A stretch of 64,000 bases of DNA from an uncultured Verrucomicrobiae bacterium. GTDB lineage: Bacteria > Verrucomicrobiota > Verrucomicrobiia > Chthoniobacterales > UBA10450. Position numbers and translations under genes: made by a program. How positions within the stretch are numbered: the stretch's first letter is position 1; each line of letters starts with the position of its first letter. Positions 28,856 to 42,100 of the stretch are shown here, piece after piece. The stretch spans positions 1-64,000 of the forward strand of contig CAVSDR010000002.1 of the NCBI GenBank assembly GCA_963726745.1, read 5' to 3'. A model generated the notes under the pieces. That model had not been told where the DNA came from. It did no database searches and saw nothing but the letters and a program-made list of their open reading frames with translations.

Positions 28856-30469
28856 CTAGCTGGCCGTAAGCGCCGCGCGTTCGTCGCCCACGACGACGCC
28901 GCTTTTCTCGAGGAAATAATCGTAGCCGCCAGGGTAGGGGGTGACGGTGCCGTTGTTTACGTGCAGGACCTTGTTCGCCAGCTTCCGGATGAAATGCACG
29001 TCGTGCGAGATGAAGACGAGCGTTCCCTCGTAGGCGGCGAGCGCGAGGATGAGCGATTCGACCGCGTGAATGTCGAGGTGCGTCGTCGGCTCATCCATCA
29101 AAAGCAGGTTCGGTGGATCGACCAGGAACTTGATCAAATTCAGCCGGCTCTTTTCGCCCCCGCTGAGCACGGCGGTTTTCTTGTAGATGTCGTCCTTGCG
29201 GAAGAGGAACGAGCCGAGAATGCCGCGGGCCTCGTTCTCCGCGAGCGTCGGCGCGGCGTCCATCACCTCCTGGAGGACGGTGTTGCTCGCATTCAGGGTA
29301 TCGGCGCGATGCTGCGAGAAGTAACCGATCTTGGCGTTGTGCCCGAGGTTGCGCACCCCTTTCTGGATCGGGATAACGTCGGCTAAAATTTTCAGGAGGG
29401 TCGACTTGCCGGCACCGTTCGGCCCGACCAGGACCGTGCGCTCGCCGCGTTCCACCGTCAGGTCGAGCCCGGTGTAGACCTTGTGCTCGCCGTAGGCCTG
29501 GTGCACGCCTTCGAGCGAGATTGCGCGCTGCCCGCCACGCGGCGGTTGCGGAATGTTGAAGCGGAAGGGCTTCTTCGGCGGCGTCGGTTTCTCGAGCAAT
29601 TCCATGCGCTCGATCTGCTTGAGTTTGCTCATCGCCTGCGACGCCTTGGAAGCGACCTGGCGGAAGCGATCGTAAAACTCGCGCAAGCGCGCGATCTCTT
29701 TTTGCTGGTTGCTATACGCCGCTTGGGCCTGTTCGTAGTTCGCGTCGCGCTGCTCGAGATAAGCCGAGTAATTCCCGGTGTAGGCGACGAGCTTTTGCTC
29801 GGCGATTTCGTAGACGCTCTCGACCACTTCGTCCATGAACTGGCGATCGTGCGAAATCATAAGCACGGCGCCGGAATAGGTTTTCAGGTAATCCTGCAGC
29901 CAGAGCAGCGAAAGCAGATCGAGGTGGTTCGTCGGCTCGTCGAGCAGGAGCAAGTCGGGCTCCATCACCAGCAAGCGCGCCAGGTGCGCGCGCATCACCC
30001 AGCCGCCGCTCATCTCATTCGCAGGCCGCTCGAAATCGGTGTCGCGAAACCCGAGGCCGCGCAGCATCTTCTTCGCCTTCGCGTCGACCTGCGGATTAGA
30101 CAGCGCCTCGTGTTTCGCATGCGCCTCGAGGTAGTCCGGGCTGCTGACATCGCCTGCCTGCTCGAGCCCGTGCAACTTCTTCTCCAGCTCCTCGACTTCG
30201 CCCGCGCGGCCGGTGGCCACGTCGAGCACGCTTTCCGCGCCGACCGCCTCCGCCTCCTGCGGAAGGAAGCCGACCATCGTCCAGGCGTCGCGCTCGACCA
30301 GGCCGGAATCAGCGTCGTCCTGGCGCAGGATAATGTTGAAGAGCGTCGACTTGCCGGCGCCATTCGGGCCGACCAAGGCGACGCGCTCGCCGTAGTTCAC
30401 CGTGAGCGACGCATTCTCGAAGAGGGTGCGGCCGCCAATGGTCTTCCTGAGATCGCGAATCGTGAGCAT
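28856..30469 (-). CDS. ABC-F family ATPase
   Basis: Two ABC cassettes (GPNGAGKST twice, SGGW/SGGE, DEPTNHLD); no TM segments. Confidence 0.92.
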   Translation of the reverse strand: MLTIRDLRKTIGGRTLFENASLTVNYGERVALVGPNGAGKSTLFNIILRQDDADSGLVERDAWTMVGFLPQEAEAVGAESVLDVATGRAGEVEELEKKLHGLEQAGDVSSPDYLEAHAKHEALSNPQVDAKAKKMLRGLGFRDTDFERPANEMSGGWVMRAHLARLLVMEPDLLLLDEPTNHLDLLSLLWLQDYLKTYSGAVLMISHDRQFMDEVVESVYEIAEQKLVAYTGNYSAYLEQRDANYEQAQAAYSNQQKEIARLREFYDRFRQVASKASQAMSKLKQIERMELLEKPTPPKKPFRFNIPQPPRGGQRAISLEGVHQAYGEHKVYTGLDLTVERGERTVLVGPNGAGKSTLLKILADVIPIQKGVRNLGHNAKIGYFSQHRADTLNASNTVLQEVMDAAPTLAENEARGILGSFLFRKDDIYKKTAVLSGGEKSRLNLIKFLVDPPNLLLMDEPTTHLDIHAVESLILALAAYEGTLVFISHDVHFIRKLANKVLHVNNGTVTPYPGGYDYFLEKSGVVVGDERAALTAS

Positions 30470-30506
30470 GCTGGGTGTTTTCCCGCCGATCCGGCGGGCG
30501 CGCACG

Positions 30507-31574
30507 TTACCGCTTCGCGGGCTGGCTCGCAAACGCGCGCACGCCTGCGACCCAGGCCCTTAATTCCGCGAGCGGGAGGAAATTTAGGATCCGTTCCGGT
30601 GGGATCTTCGCGGCGCAGGCCGCGCCTAACGAGAGGTCGATGTAAGCGAACTCGTCCGGGTGATGCGCATCCGTCCCCAGGGAAATGCGGCAGCCTTCCG
30701 CGCGCGCGATTTTCAACAAGCTCGCGCGCAAATCCTGCCGGCTGGGATCGCCATCGATCTCCACCGCTTTGTCGAGGCGCGCCGCTTCCGCAAAGACGCG
30801 CGCCCAATCCGCCTGCAACCCGAGCCGCCGGTCATACATCCGCGTCTGCGGATGCCCGAGGATTTGGATGTCGGGATTGCGCAGGCCCGCGAGGTAGCGC
30901 TCGGTCTGATCCTCAGTCCGACGGAGCGCGGAATGAAAGCAGCCGAGGACGAGGTCGAGCTTCCGTAACGCCGGCGCCGCCATGTCGCTTGCGCCCGCGG
31001 TGGAGAGGTTCAATTCTGCGGAGCGGAGCACGGTCAACTCGGTGCCGGCGCGCTTCAGCTCGCTGTTTAATTTTTTGATCGCGCGTCCCTGTTCCGCAAG
31101 GCGCGCTTCGTTCATCCCGCCGGCTATTTTCAAGCCCTTGGTGTGATCGGTGATCGCGATGTAGCGATAGCCGCGCGCGGCCGCGCCTTCTGCCATCTCC
31201 GCGAGGGTGGTCGCGCCGTCGCTCCACTCGGTGTGCATTTGCAGGTCGCCCTGCAGGCGCTCGCGCCAGCGCGGATGCTTCGCGAGGCAGCAGCGGGCTT
31301 TCGCCACGCTCCAAAATTCCCGGCGCAACGGCGGCGGCGTGACCCGCTTTGGCGGCGCCTCGATCCAGCGATGCAGCAGGCGCGCAATCGAGGGACCAAC
31401 ACCGGCGAGCTCGGTCAGCGAGCGCCTGGCCGCGTGCAGCGCGCTCGCTTCCTCCGGCCAAAGAAACGCCTGCCGGCTGGCGCGGCGAAAAGCGAGCTGC
31501 CGGTGCCCTTCCGCGGCCTCGGCTTCGCGCGCGAGCAGCTCGGCCAGGGCGACGTTATCGAGCGTCCGCGCCAT
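30507..31574 (-). CDS. PHP-domain protein with PolX-like N-terminal HhH region and no polymerase core
   Basis: LTELAGVGPSIA; GDLQMHTEWSDG; ITDH; GHP; GTDAH. Confidence 0.8.
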   Translation of the reverse strand: MARTLDNVALAELLAREAEAAEGHRQLAFRRASRQAFLWPEEASALHAARRSLTELAGVGPSIARLLHRWIEAPPKRVTPPPLRREFWSVAKARCCLAKHPRWRERLQGDLQMHTEWSDGATTLAEMAEGAAARGYRYIAITDHTKGLKIAGGMNEARLAEQGRAIKKLNSELKRAGTELTVLRSAELNLSTAGASDMAAPALRKLDLVLGCFHSALRRTEDQTERYLAGLRNPDIQILGHPQTRMYDRRLGLQADWARVFAEAARLDKAVEIDGDPSRQDLRASLLKIARAEGCRISLGTDAHHPDEFAYIDLSLGAACAAKIPPERILNFLPLAELRAWVAGVRAFASQPAKR

Positions 31575-33675
31575 CGACCACGCCCAGCGCCGCCAGCCCG
31601 AAAGCGTAACGGAAAGCGACCTCGTGCAAGCGATCGAAACGCCCGGAGGCGCCGCCGTGGCCGGCGTCGAGGTTGATCTTGAAGAGGAGCGGATTCTTGT
31701 CCGTCTTCAGCGTGCGCATCTTGGCGGCAAATTTCGCCGGCTCCCAATACGGCACCTGGCTGTCGTTCAAGGAAGTAGTCAGCAACATCGTGGGATACTC
31801 CTTCGCCGCGATGTTGTCGTAGGGGCTGTAGGTCTTCATGTAGTCGTATTCCGACTTCACGTTCGGGTTGCCCCACTCGATGTATTCTTCGGTCGTTAGG
31901 GGAAGAGTCGCGTCGGACATCGTGTTCATCACGTCGACAAACGGGACGTCGAGAATCGCCGCGTGCGCCAGGTCCGGGCGGAGGTTGATCGTGGCGCCGA
32001 TGAGCAAGCCGCCGGCGCTTCCGCCCTGGATCAGCAAACGCTCGCGCGCGGCGTATTTCTTCTCCACCAGGTAATCGCCACAGGCCGCGAAGTCGGTAAA
32101 CGTGTTCCGCTTCGTCATCATCCGGCCATCATCGTGCCAGGCTTCGCCGAGCTCGCCGCCGCCGCGAATGTGCGCGATCGCGAAGACCACTCCACGATCC
32201 AGGAGCGAGATGCGCTCGGAGGAAAACGACGGGTCGATCGAGATGCCGTAGGAACCGTAGCCGTAGAGCCAGCAGGGCGCCTGGCCGTCGAGCGCGACGT
32301 CTTTGCGGCGGACGATGTCGAGCGGGATTTCCTTCCCGTCGGCCGCTTTCACCCGCACCCGCTCGACCGTGTAGCGCGCGGGATCGTAGCCGCCGAGGAC
32401 TTCGTTGCGCTTGAGCAATTTCTGCTCGCCGCTCGCAATGTCGTAAGCATAAACGCTCGGCGGCGTCACCGGCGACTCGTAGTCGAAACGGAAGACGCCC
32501 GTATGGAATTCCGGGTTGTGCTCGCTGTCGGCCGAGTAGGCCGGCTCCGGCAATTCGATCCGGCGCGAGGTCTTGTTCTCGTAGTCGGTCACGCGGAAGC
32601 GCACCAACCCTTCCGCGCGCTCGACCACTACCGCGTGGTCCGCGAACGGCTCAAATTCCTCGATCGTCACGCCCGGCTGCTCGGGCACAAGTGGCTGCCA
32701 ATTTTCCACTCCCGGCGCGGTCACTGGCGCGGTGACCACGCGATACTCTTTCGCGCCGTCGTTTGTCCGCAGGTAGAACAGGTCGCCGCGATGTTCCGGG
32801 TAATACTTGATCTCGTCGCGGCGCGGCGCGATCACCTGCCACTCGCCCGCCGGCTGGTCGGCCGCGAGGAAACGAAACTCGGAGGTGCGGCTGCTTTCGC
32901 TCCCGACGAAGAGAAACTTCCCGTCGCGCGAGCGGCCCAGGCCGACGTTGAAGAGCTCGTCCTTCTCCTCGTAAAGCGCGGCCGGTTTTTTTTCGCCGAG
33001 GGTAAAACGCCAGACGCGATTGCTCCGCTTGGCCGCGTCTTCCGTGACGTAGAAGATCGTCTGGTTGTCCGCCGCCCAGACGAGGTCGGCCACTTTGCCG
33101 ATCGGCGTTTTGATCTCCTTGCCGGTGGCGAGGTCCTTCAGGTGAAAGTCGTAATCGCGGTGGCCGTTGACGTCGGTCGAGTAAGCCAGGAGGGAGTTGT
33201 CGTCGCTGTATTCGAACGAGTGCACCGCCATGAATTTCTTCCCCTGCGCGAGCGCGTTCACGTCGAGCACGACCTCTTCCGGCGCCTCCAGGGTGCCCTT
33301 CTTCCGGCAGAAAATCGGATACTGCTTCCCCTCCTCGGTGCGGCGGTAGAGCCAGTAGCCGCGCTGCAAATAAGGCGCGGAAACGTCGGCCTGTTTGATC
33401 CGGCCGAGCATCTCGTCGTAGAGCTTTTTCTCGAGCGCGGCGAAGGGCGCCATCACTTTGGCGGTGTAAGCGTTCTCCGCCTTCAGGTGTGCCAGGACCG
33501 CCGGGTTGGTTTTCTCGCGCAGCCAGAAATACGGATCCTCCAGCTTGTCGCCATGCAGGCCGACGATCTTCGGTTTCTTGGCGGCTTGGGGCGGCGTGCC
33601 GGCGGCGGGATCGAGCCCGGCGGCGTGGAGCGTGAGGGTGGAAGTCATGAGCAAGGCGAGGGCATGGGCGCGCAT
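31555..33675 (-). CDS. ptrB: Oligopeptidase B (S9A)
   Basis: DPYFWLR, GYGSYG, GGSAGG, DSQVPYWEPAK, AGHGG. Confidence 0.88.
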   Translation of the reverse strand: MRAHALALLMTSTLTLHAAGLDPAAGTPPQAAKKPKIVGLHGDKLEDPYFWLREKTNPAVLAHLKAENAYTAKVMAPFAALEKKLYDEMLGRIKQADVSAPYLQRGYWLYRRTEEGKQYPIFCRKKGTLEAPEEVVLDVNALAQGKKFMAVHSFEYSDDNSLLAYSTDVNGHRDYDFHLKDLATGKEIKTPIGKVADLVWAADNQTIFYVTEDAAKRSNRVWRFTLGEKKPAALYEEKDELFNVGLGRSRDGKFLFVGSESSRTSEFRFLAADQPAGEWQVIAPRRDEIKYYPEHRGDLFYLRTNDGAKEYRVVTAPVTAPGVENWQPLVPEQPGVTIEEFEPFADHAVVVERAEGLVRFRVTDYENKTSRRIELPEPAYSADSEHNPEFHTGVFRFDYESPVTPPSVYAYDIASGEQKLLKRNEVLGGYDPARYTVERVRVKAADGKEIPLDIVRRKDVALDGQAPCWLYGYGSYGISIDPSFSSERISLLDRGVVFAIAHIRGGGELGEAWHDDGRMMTKRNTFTDFAACGDYLVEKKYAARERLLIQGGSAGGLLIGATINLRPDLAHAAILDVPFVDVMNTMSDATLPLTTEEYIEWGNPNVKSEYDYMKTYSPYDNIAAKEYPTMLLTTSLNDSQVPYWEPAKFAAKMRTLKTDKNPLLFKINLDAGHGGASGRFDRLHEVAFRYAFGLAALGVVDGADAR

Positions 33676-33751
33676 CGACGGTCACCTAGCCAGAGCTTCG
33701 CGTCTTTGCAAAGTCGCGAGTGGCCGCGTCCTGCGTTACAGGGAAAAGCCG

Positions 33752-35784
<2,033 letters not shown>

Positions 35785-38092
35785 CCGCGAGCGTCTGGTC
35801 GCGGATCGGTTCCGGCGGCAGGGGGCGGAGAATTGCCTCGGCGGCGCGGTAATGCTCCAGCGCCTCTGCCGTGCGTCCGAGATTTGGGCCGCCCGGCTGG
35901 CCTAACAAGTCGGCCATGTGCTGGTGGCTCAAGGCGAGGGAGCGTTGCGCCGAAGTGTTCTTTGGATCGATCTCGGCCAGGTGCTGGAAAACTGCGAGCG
36001 AGCGCTCCCGGGAGGCAAGCGCGCCCGCGAGATCGCCTGAGGCCTCGAGCACATTGGCCACTTTTTCATCGGCCACCGCAGCATCGCGCACGACGTCGAA
36101 ATGATCGCGATGCGCCGCCGCGAGCTCGAGCCGGATGCGCTGTGATTCCGCATACGCGCGCCGCGCCTCCTCCAGGTGGCCGGCACTTTCATGCATCGTC
36201 CCGAGGCGCTCGTGCAGCAGGCCGGTGAGGCGGGTGGTCTTGAAAACGTCGCCGGCGCCGGCGGGGATCGATTGGAGGATGGCGAGCGCTTCCTGATAAA
36301 GCCGGAGCGCGCCGGCGGCGTCGCCATTATTCGGAAAATTCGGATGCCCGAGGACGTCGGCTGTTTTCAACGAACTGATCGCGAGCGCCTGCTGCGCCGC
36401 GGGGTCGCCGGGCGCCTGCGCGGCTAACGAGCGGAAGACCGCGAGCGAACGCTGCGCGCTGGCCACGGCTGCCCGCAGGTCTCCCTTTGCGGCTTGCACT
36501 TCGCTCATTTTCTCGTCGATCACGCCGAGGATACGGTAAGCCTGGGCGTCGGCCGGGTGCACCGCCAGCAGGCGCTCGGCGATCTCGCGCGCGGTCGCGA
36601 ATGTCGTGAGCGCGCCGTCGATGTCGCCGAGGTTGGAGTTGTTCGGATTGCCCTGGACGTTGCCCACGCGGATGTAGGCGTTCGCGAGTTCGCGCGAAAG
36701 CGACGGATCGCCGCCGGCTTCCTGCGCGAGACTGTTCAGGTAAGCCAGCGCGCGGGTGACGATGAGCTGCCGCGTGGTCGTGGAGCCGGGGAGATCGGCC
36801 ACGGCATCGTGAATCTCGAACATGAGCGCGTGCGCCAGGCCGCGCAGCTCGCTGAAGCGGCGCTCGGCCAGAGCGCGCGCGTGCTCGGCTTGCCGCGCCT
36901 GCCACGAGGTTGCGAAAATGCCGGCTAAAAGCGTGATGAGGAGAAGCAACGTGCCGGCCGCCGTCAGCTTGTTCCGCTGGAGAAAGCGCGCGCTCCGGTA
37001 GCTCCAGGTGTCCTTGCGCGCGAGCACCGGCCGGCCTTCCAGAAAGCGCTGGAGGTCCGCCGAAAGGGCCGCCGCGGAAGCGTAACGGCGCTCGGGTTCC
37101 TTCCGCATGGCCATGAGCACGATCGTGTCGAGATCGCGCGGGAGCGAAGGGCGCCCCTGGCTGGGCGGCGGCGGCTCGGTTTCGCAAATCGTGCGCTCCG
37201 CCTCCTCCGCGCGACGACTCGTTAGGCGGAAAGGTTTCTCACCGGCGAGCAGCTCGTAAAGAATCACGCCCAGGCTGTAGACATCGCTCGCGGTGGTCAT
37301 GCGCTCGCCGCGGATCTGCTCCGGGCTGGCGTATTCCGGCGTCATCACCTTAGTCAGCGAGATGGTGAAATCGTCCGCGCTCTCATCGATCAGCCGGGCG
37401 ATCCCGAAGTCGAGCAGCTTCGGCTCGCCTTCCGGCGTGAGGCGGATGTTGGCCGGCTTGAGGTCGCGATGAATTACCAAATGCTGATGCGCGTAGCTGA
37501 CGGCGGCACAGATTTTTTGGAAGAGCGCCAGCCGTCCGCGGAGGTCGAGCCGGTGCAGGTCGCACCAGACGTCGAGCCGCTCGCCGGCGACGTATTCCAT
37601 GACGAAAAACGGCAGCCCGGCCGGGGTCACGCCGCCGCCGTAGAGGCGCGCGATGTGCGGATGCGTGAGGCCGGCGAGGATGCGTTCCTCTTTCCCGAAC
37701 TGCCGCAGAAAGCTCGCGCGGCCGTAAGCGCGCTTGATCAACTTGATCGCAACCTGGCGGCCTAATTCCTCGTCTTGCGCGAGGTAGACTTCTCCCATGC
37801 CGCCTTCGCCAAGCAGCGCGCGGATGGTGTAATGCTCGAGGCGCTCGCCCGGCTGGAGTTCGCTCGAGGAGGCGAGCGATTCGGCCACGAGTTCATAGGC
37901 CGGGCCGCCGATGAAGCGAGTCGCTTCCTGCTGGAAACGGAGGAGCGACTCAACCTCGGCGCGCAGAGCTGCGTCCTCGCCGCAGGCGTGCGCGACAAAT
38001 TCCTGCTGCGCCTCGCCCTCGAATTCCAAGGCCGCTTCCACGAGTTCCGCCACGCGCTCGGCAGTGGACGATTCGTCGGGCATGCGCGGAAA

Positions 38093-38680
38093 TCAGGCGG
38101 CGTGGCCGCTGAGCGCGCGGCAGAGCCAGAGCTTGGCGAAACTCCAATCGCGCAGGACGGTTTTCTCAGAGACCTGGAGGACCTCGGCGATTTCCTTGGT
38201 TTCCATCCCGCCGAAAAACTTCAGCTCCACGACCTCGCTTTTCCGCGGGTAGGTGACGGCAAAATCTGCCAGCGCTCCGTCGACCGCGAGCAAGTCGCTG
38301 CTGCTTTCGCAGGCGAGCGCGCGCGCTTCGTCGAGACTGAATTTGCGCGCATGGCCGCCGCGTTTCTCGGCGTGATGCGCGCGCGCATGATCGACCAGGA
38401 TGCGCCGCATCAGACGCGCGGCGATCGCGTAGAAGTGGGCGCGATTTTGCCAGCAAATTCCGGTCTCGCCCACGAGCCGCAGGTAAGCTTCGTGCACCAG
38501 CGCGGTCGCCTGCAGGGTGTGATCCGCCCGCTCGCGGCGCAGGTAATCCCGGGCCAGGCGCCGGAGTTCCTCGTAGACCAGCGGCATCAGCCGGTCGGGC
38601 GCATCGGTCTCGCCCGCGCGCCAGCTGAGCAGAAGGCGCGTGACTTCCGGTTGGCTGGGGCTTTCTGATGGGAGAGCCAT
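38093..38680 (-). CDS. ECF sigma factor (STK-associated type)
   Basis: VYEELRRLA, TLQATALVHEAYLRL, MRRILVDHAR. Confidence 0.9.
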   Translation of the reverse strand: MALPSESPSQPEVTRLLLSWRAGETDAPDRLMPLVYEELRRLARDYLRRERADHTLQATALVHEAYLRLVGETGICWQNRAHFYAIAARLMRRILVDHARAHHAEKRGGHARKFSLDEARALACESSSDLLAVDGALADFAVTYPRKSEVVELKFFGGMETKEIAEVLQVSEKTVLRDWSFAKLWLCRALSGHAA

Positions 38681-38743
38681 CGGAGGGGAATCTATTTAGC
38701 CGGCAATTTCATAGCCAATCTATTCCTGCGCGTCGCCGCGCGT

Positions 38744-39730
38744 TTAAAGCAACTCGGCGATCTGGACCGCGTTCAAGGCCGCGCCTTTAAGGAGCTGGTC
38801 GCCGGAAATCCAGAACGCGAGCCCGTTCTCCAAGGCGCAGTCGAGCCGCACACGCCCGACCTGGCAGTTGTCCTTCCCCGCGGCCGCGAGCGGCGTGGGA
38901 TATTGATGCTCCGCGGGCGCATCGACGAGGTCGAGACCGGGGGAATTAGCCAGCACTTTGTGCGCGGCCGCGACTGTCACCGGCCGCTCGAATTCCGCAT
39001 GCACCGCGACCGAGTGCGCCCGGTAAACCGGCACGCGCACGCAAGTAACGGAAGCGCGGAAATCGGGCAGGTGCATGATCCGCCGGCCTTCGTGTTGCAT
39101 CTTCATTTCTTCCTTGGTGTAGCCGTCGGGGAGGAAGGAATCGACCTGCGGGAGGACGTTGAAAGCGATCGGGTGCGGGTAGACTTCCGGCGGCGTGGAC
39201 GGATCGGCTACTTGCTGCCGGAGTTCCTCGATCGCGCGCGCGCCGGTGCCGGAAACCGCTTGATAGCTCGCGGCAAAAATGCGCCGCACGCCGAACGCCT
39301 GATGCAACGGATAGAGCGCCATGAGCGTGACCGCGGTGGTGCAATTGGGATTGGCGATGATCCCGCGATGCCCGCGCACGTCGTCGCCATTGATCTCCGG
39401 GACCACCAAGGGAACCGCCGGATCCATTCGAAAAGCCGACGAGTTGTCGATCACGACCGCGCCGGCGTCGCGCGCGATCGGGACGAACTTCCGGGAAATG
39501 TCGCCGCCGGCGCTGAAGAACGCGATCTCGCAGCCGGCAAACGATTCCTCCGTGAGCGCCTCGATTCGGACTTCGCGGCCGCGGAATTTTGCCGTCTTGC
39601 CGGCAGAACGCGCGGAAGCGAGCAGGCGTAGATCGCCCACGGGAAAATTGCGCCGCGCGAGCACGTCGAGCAACTCCAGGCCGACGGCACCAGTCGCGCC
39701 GACGATTGCGATCTTGTAGCTTTTGCTCAT
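38744..39730 (-). CDS. asd: Aspartate-semialdehyde dehydrogenase
   Basis: IVGATGAVG, IDNSSAFR, ANPNCTT, SYQAVSG, KGAALNAVQIAE. Confidence 0.95.
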   Translation of the reverse strand: MSKSYKIAIVGATGAVGLELLDVLARRNFPVGDLRLLASARSAGKTAKFRGREVRIEALTEESFAGCEIAFFSAGGDISRKFVPIARDAGAVVIDNSSAFRMDPAVPLVVPEINGDDVRGHRGIIANPNCTTAVTLMALYPLHQAFGVRRIFAASYQAVSGTGARAIEELRQQVADPSTPPEVYPHPIAFNVLPQVDSFLPDGYTKEEMKMQHEGRRIMHLPDFRASVTCVRVPVYRAHSVAVHAEFERPVTVAAAHKVLANSPGLDLVDAPAEHQYPTPLAAAGKDNCQVGRVRLDCALENGLAFWISGDQLLKGAALNAVQIAELL

Positions 39731-39759
39731 CGGGGCGGCCACTGTATGTCCCATTAGAC

Positions 39760-40251
39760 GTGAAGCAAACCCAGCCCCGGCACATCCACATTTCCGTCGC
39801 GCGCCAGCGCCTGGCCTTGAAGCGCGGCCGTCGCGTTGAGCGCGCCTGGCCGGTCTCCACTTCCGCCTCCGGCCTCGGCTCGGAGGAGGGGAGCAACCGG
39901 ACGCCGCTGGGCCGTTTCCGCATCGCGGAAAAGTTCGGCGCCGGGATGCCGCTGGCGACCGCGTTCAAGAGCCGCGAGCCCGTGCCGCTCACTCCGCAGA
40001 TGCTCCAGGCGGAGGATTTGATCATGGCGCGCATCCTCTGGCTCGACGGGCTCGAGCGGCAAAATGCGAATACCCATGCGCGCTACATTTACATCCACGG
40101 AACGAACCACGAGGAGGCCATCGGCACGCCCGCGAGCCATGGCTGCATCCGCATGCGCAACGCCGATGTGGCCGAGCTTTTCGAGCTCGTAGAGGTCGGC
40201 ACGCTGGTCCGGATCGACGCGCCGCGCCGCCCGCGCACCCCGGCGAAATAG
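39760..40251 (+). CDS. L,D-transpeptidase (YkuD)
   Basis: TPLGRF, IYIHGTN, SHGCIRM. Confidence 0.85.
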   Translation: MKQTQPRHIHISVARQRLALKRGRRVERAWPVSTSASGLGSEEGSNRTPLGRFRIAEKFGAGMPLATAFKSREPVPLTPQMLQAEDLIMARILWLDGLERQNANTHARYIYIHGTNHEEAIGTPASHGCIRMRNADVAELFELVEVGTLVRIDAPRRPRTPAK

Positions 40252-40331
40252 CTGAGAAAAATCATTGCGCAGGGGAAGTGACCTGACTAAATGACGGCAG
40301 CAACTTGCTGGGAAAGGAGGCGAAATACTGA

Positions 40332-40460
40332 ATGAATTTCATCAAATTAGTCGTCGTTTTGGCCGTGGCGGCCAGCGCTCTGAGCTTGGGCGCATGCGCG
40401 CAGAAGAAAGAGGCGAGCATGTCCACCAGCGCATCGACCCATAGCACCTACTCGAAGTAG
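40332..40460 (+). CDS. Small lipoprotein (42 aa)
   Basis: MNFIKLVVVLAVAASALSLGACAQKKEASMSTSASTHSTYSK*; lipobox LGAC; AAGGAGG upstream; terminator downstream. Confidence 0.7.
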   Translation: MNFIKLVVVLAVAASALSLGACAQKKEASMSTSASTHSTYSK

Positions 40461-40500
40461 TCCCGCTCGGTAGTCCGGGGAACGGATACCTTTTTACCTG

Positions 40501-40532
40501 AAGGCCAGGTCGTTCTGCGACCTGGCCTTTTT
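40501..40532 (+). terminator. Rho-independent terminator
   Basis: AAGGCCAGGTCG-ttctg-CGACCTGGCCTT followed by a T run. Confidence 0.75.
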
Positions 40533-40588
40533 CGTGCCCGCGACGCCACGCGCTTTCCTTTCGCCTTTGGCTAATTAGACTGCGCCCT

Positions 40589-42100
40589 GTGCAACTCGCC
40601 GGCCAACCGCTCACCCTCGTCGCGATCGCGGAAGTCGCGCTCGGCGGCACTGCGGTTGAACTCAATCCGGCAGTCCATGCGCGCATCCGGCGCTCGCGGG
40701 AATTAGTCGACGAGATCACGCGGAGCGACGCGATCGTTTACGGGGTCAACACCGGCTTCGGAAAGCTTTCCGAGGTGCACATCGCGCGCGAAGATCTCCG
40801 GCAGCTCCAGCTCAACCTCGTGCGCAGCCATGCCTGCGGCATCGGCGCGCCGCTCTCCGTTCCCGAGGTGCGCGCGATGATGCTCCTGCGCGCGAACGTG
40901 CTCACGCTCGGCTTTAGCGGGATTCGCCTGGAGGTGATCGAGCTGCTTGTGGCGATGCTCCAACGCGGGGTCACGCCGGTGATTCCAGAGAAGGGGTCGG
41001 TCGGCGCCAGCGGCGATCTCGCGCCGCTGGCGCACCTCTCGTTAGGCTTGATCGGCGAAGGGGAATCTTTTTTCAAAGGCGAGCGGCTCCCCGGCGCGGA
41101 AGCGCTCCGGCGCGCCGGCCTGGAACCGGTCACGCTCGAGGCCAAGGAAGGGCTCGCTTTGCTCAACGGCACGCAGGCGATGCACGCCGTGGGCGGGCTC
41201 GCTTTGCTCCGCGCGAAACGGCTTTCGAGAATAGCCGACGTCATCGGCGCGATGAGCCTCGAGGCGCTCAAGGGCACGCCGACCGCGTTTGACGAACGCA
41301 TCCAGGTCGCCCGGCCGCATCCCGGCCAGGCCGCGGCCGCGGAGCATCTCCGCGCCTTGTTGCGCGACAGCGAAATCCGCGAATCGCACAAGACCGGCGA
41401 CCCGCGGGTGCAGGATGCCTACAGCCTGCGCTGCATGCCGCAGGTGCACGGCGCGGTCCGCGGCGCGTTCGCGCATTGCGAGGAAGTGCTCGAGACCGAG
41501 TCGGCTTCGGCGACGGATAATCCGCTCGTTTTCGCGGCGGAGGGCGACGTCATTTCCGGCGGCAATTTTCACGGCGCGCCGCTGGCCTACGCACTCGATT
41601 ACGCGGCGATCGCGCTGGCTGATCTGATGAGCATGAGCGAGCGCCGGACCGATCGCCTAATCAATCCCGACACCAGCGAAGGCCTGCCGCCGTTCCTCGC
41701 GCGCCAGGCCGGGATGCAATCCGGCTTCATGATTCCGCACGTCGCCTCGGTCGCGCTCTTGAGCGAAGCCAAGGTGCTCGCGCATCCCGCGAGCGTGGAC
41801 AATTTGCCGACGTCAGGCGGCAAGGAGGATCACGTTTCCATGGGGATGACCGCGGCGCTGAAGCTGCGCACGATCGTGGAGAATGCCGAGCACTTGTTTG
41901 CGATCGAGTTGCTCGCGGCCGGGAGCGCGCTGGAATTTCGGCGGCCGCTCAAGGCCGGTGTGGGCGTCGAGCGGGCGCATGCGACGCTGCGCGCACTGGC
42001 GCCGGCGCTGGAGGAGGATCGCTCGATGGCCGACGAGATCGCGCGCGTGGCCGCGGCGATTCGCGCGGGAGAATTTGACAGCGAGATGACGATTTTATGA
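40589..42100 (+). CDS. hutH: Histidine ammonia-lyase
   Basis: [22 protein letters not shown] (MIO ASG), [15 protein letters not shown]. Confidence 0.95.
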   Translation: MQLAGQPLTLVAIAEVALGGTAVELNPAVHARIRRSRELVDEITRSDAIVYGVNTGFGKLSEVHIAREDLRQLQLNLVRSHACGIGAPLSVPEVRAMMLLRANVLTLGFSGIRLEVIELLVAMLQRGVTPVIPEKGSVGASGDLAPLAHLSLGLIGEGESFFKGERLPGAEALRRAGLEPVTLEAKEGLALLNGTQAMHAVGGLALLRAKRLSRIADVIGAMSLEALKGTPTAFDERIQVARPHPGQAAAAEHLRALLRDSEIRESHKTGDPRVQDAYSLRCMPQVHGAVRGAFAHCEEVLETESASATDNPLVFAAEGDVISGGNFHGAPLAYALDYAAIALADLMSMSERRTDRLINPDTSEGLPPFLARQAGMQSGFMIPHVASVALLSEAKVLAHPASVDNLPTSGGKEDHVSMGMTAALKLRTIVENAEHLFAIELLAAGSALEFRRPLKAGVGVERAHATLRALAPALEEDRSMADEIARVAAAIRAGEFDSEMTIL

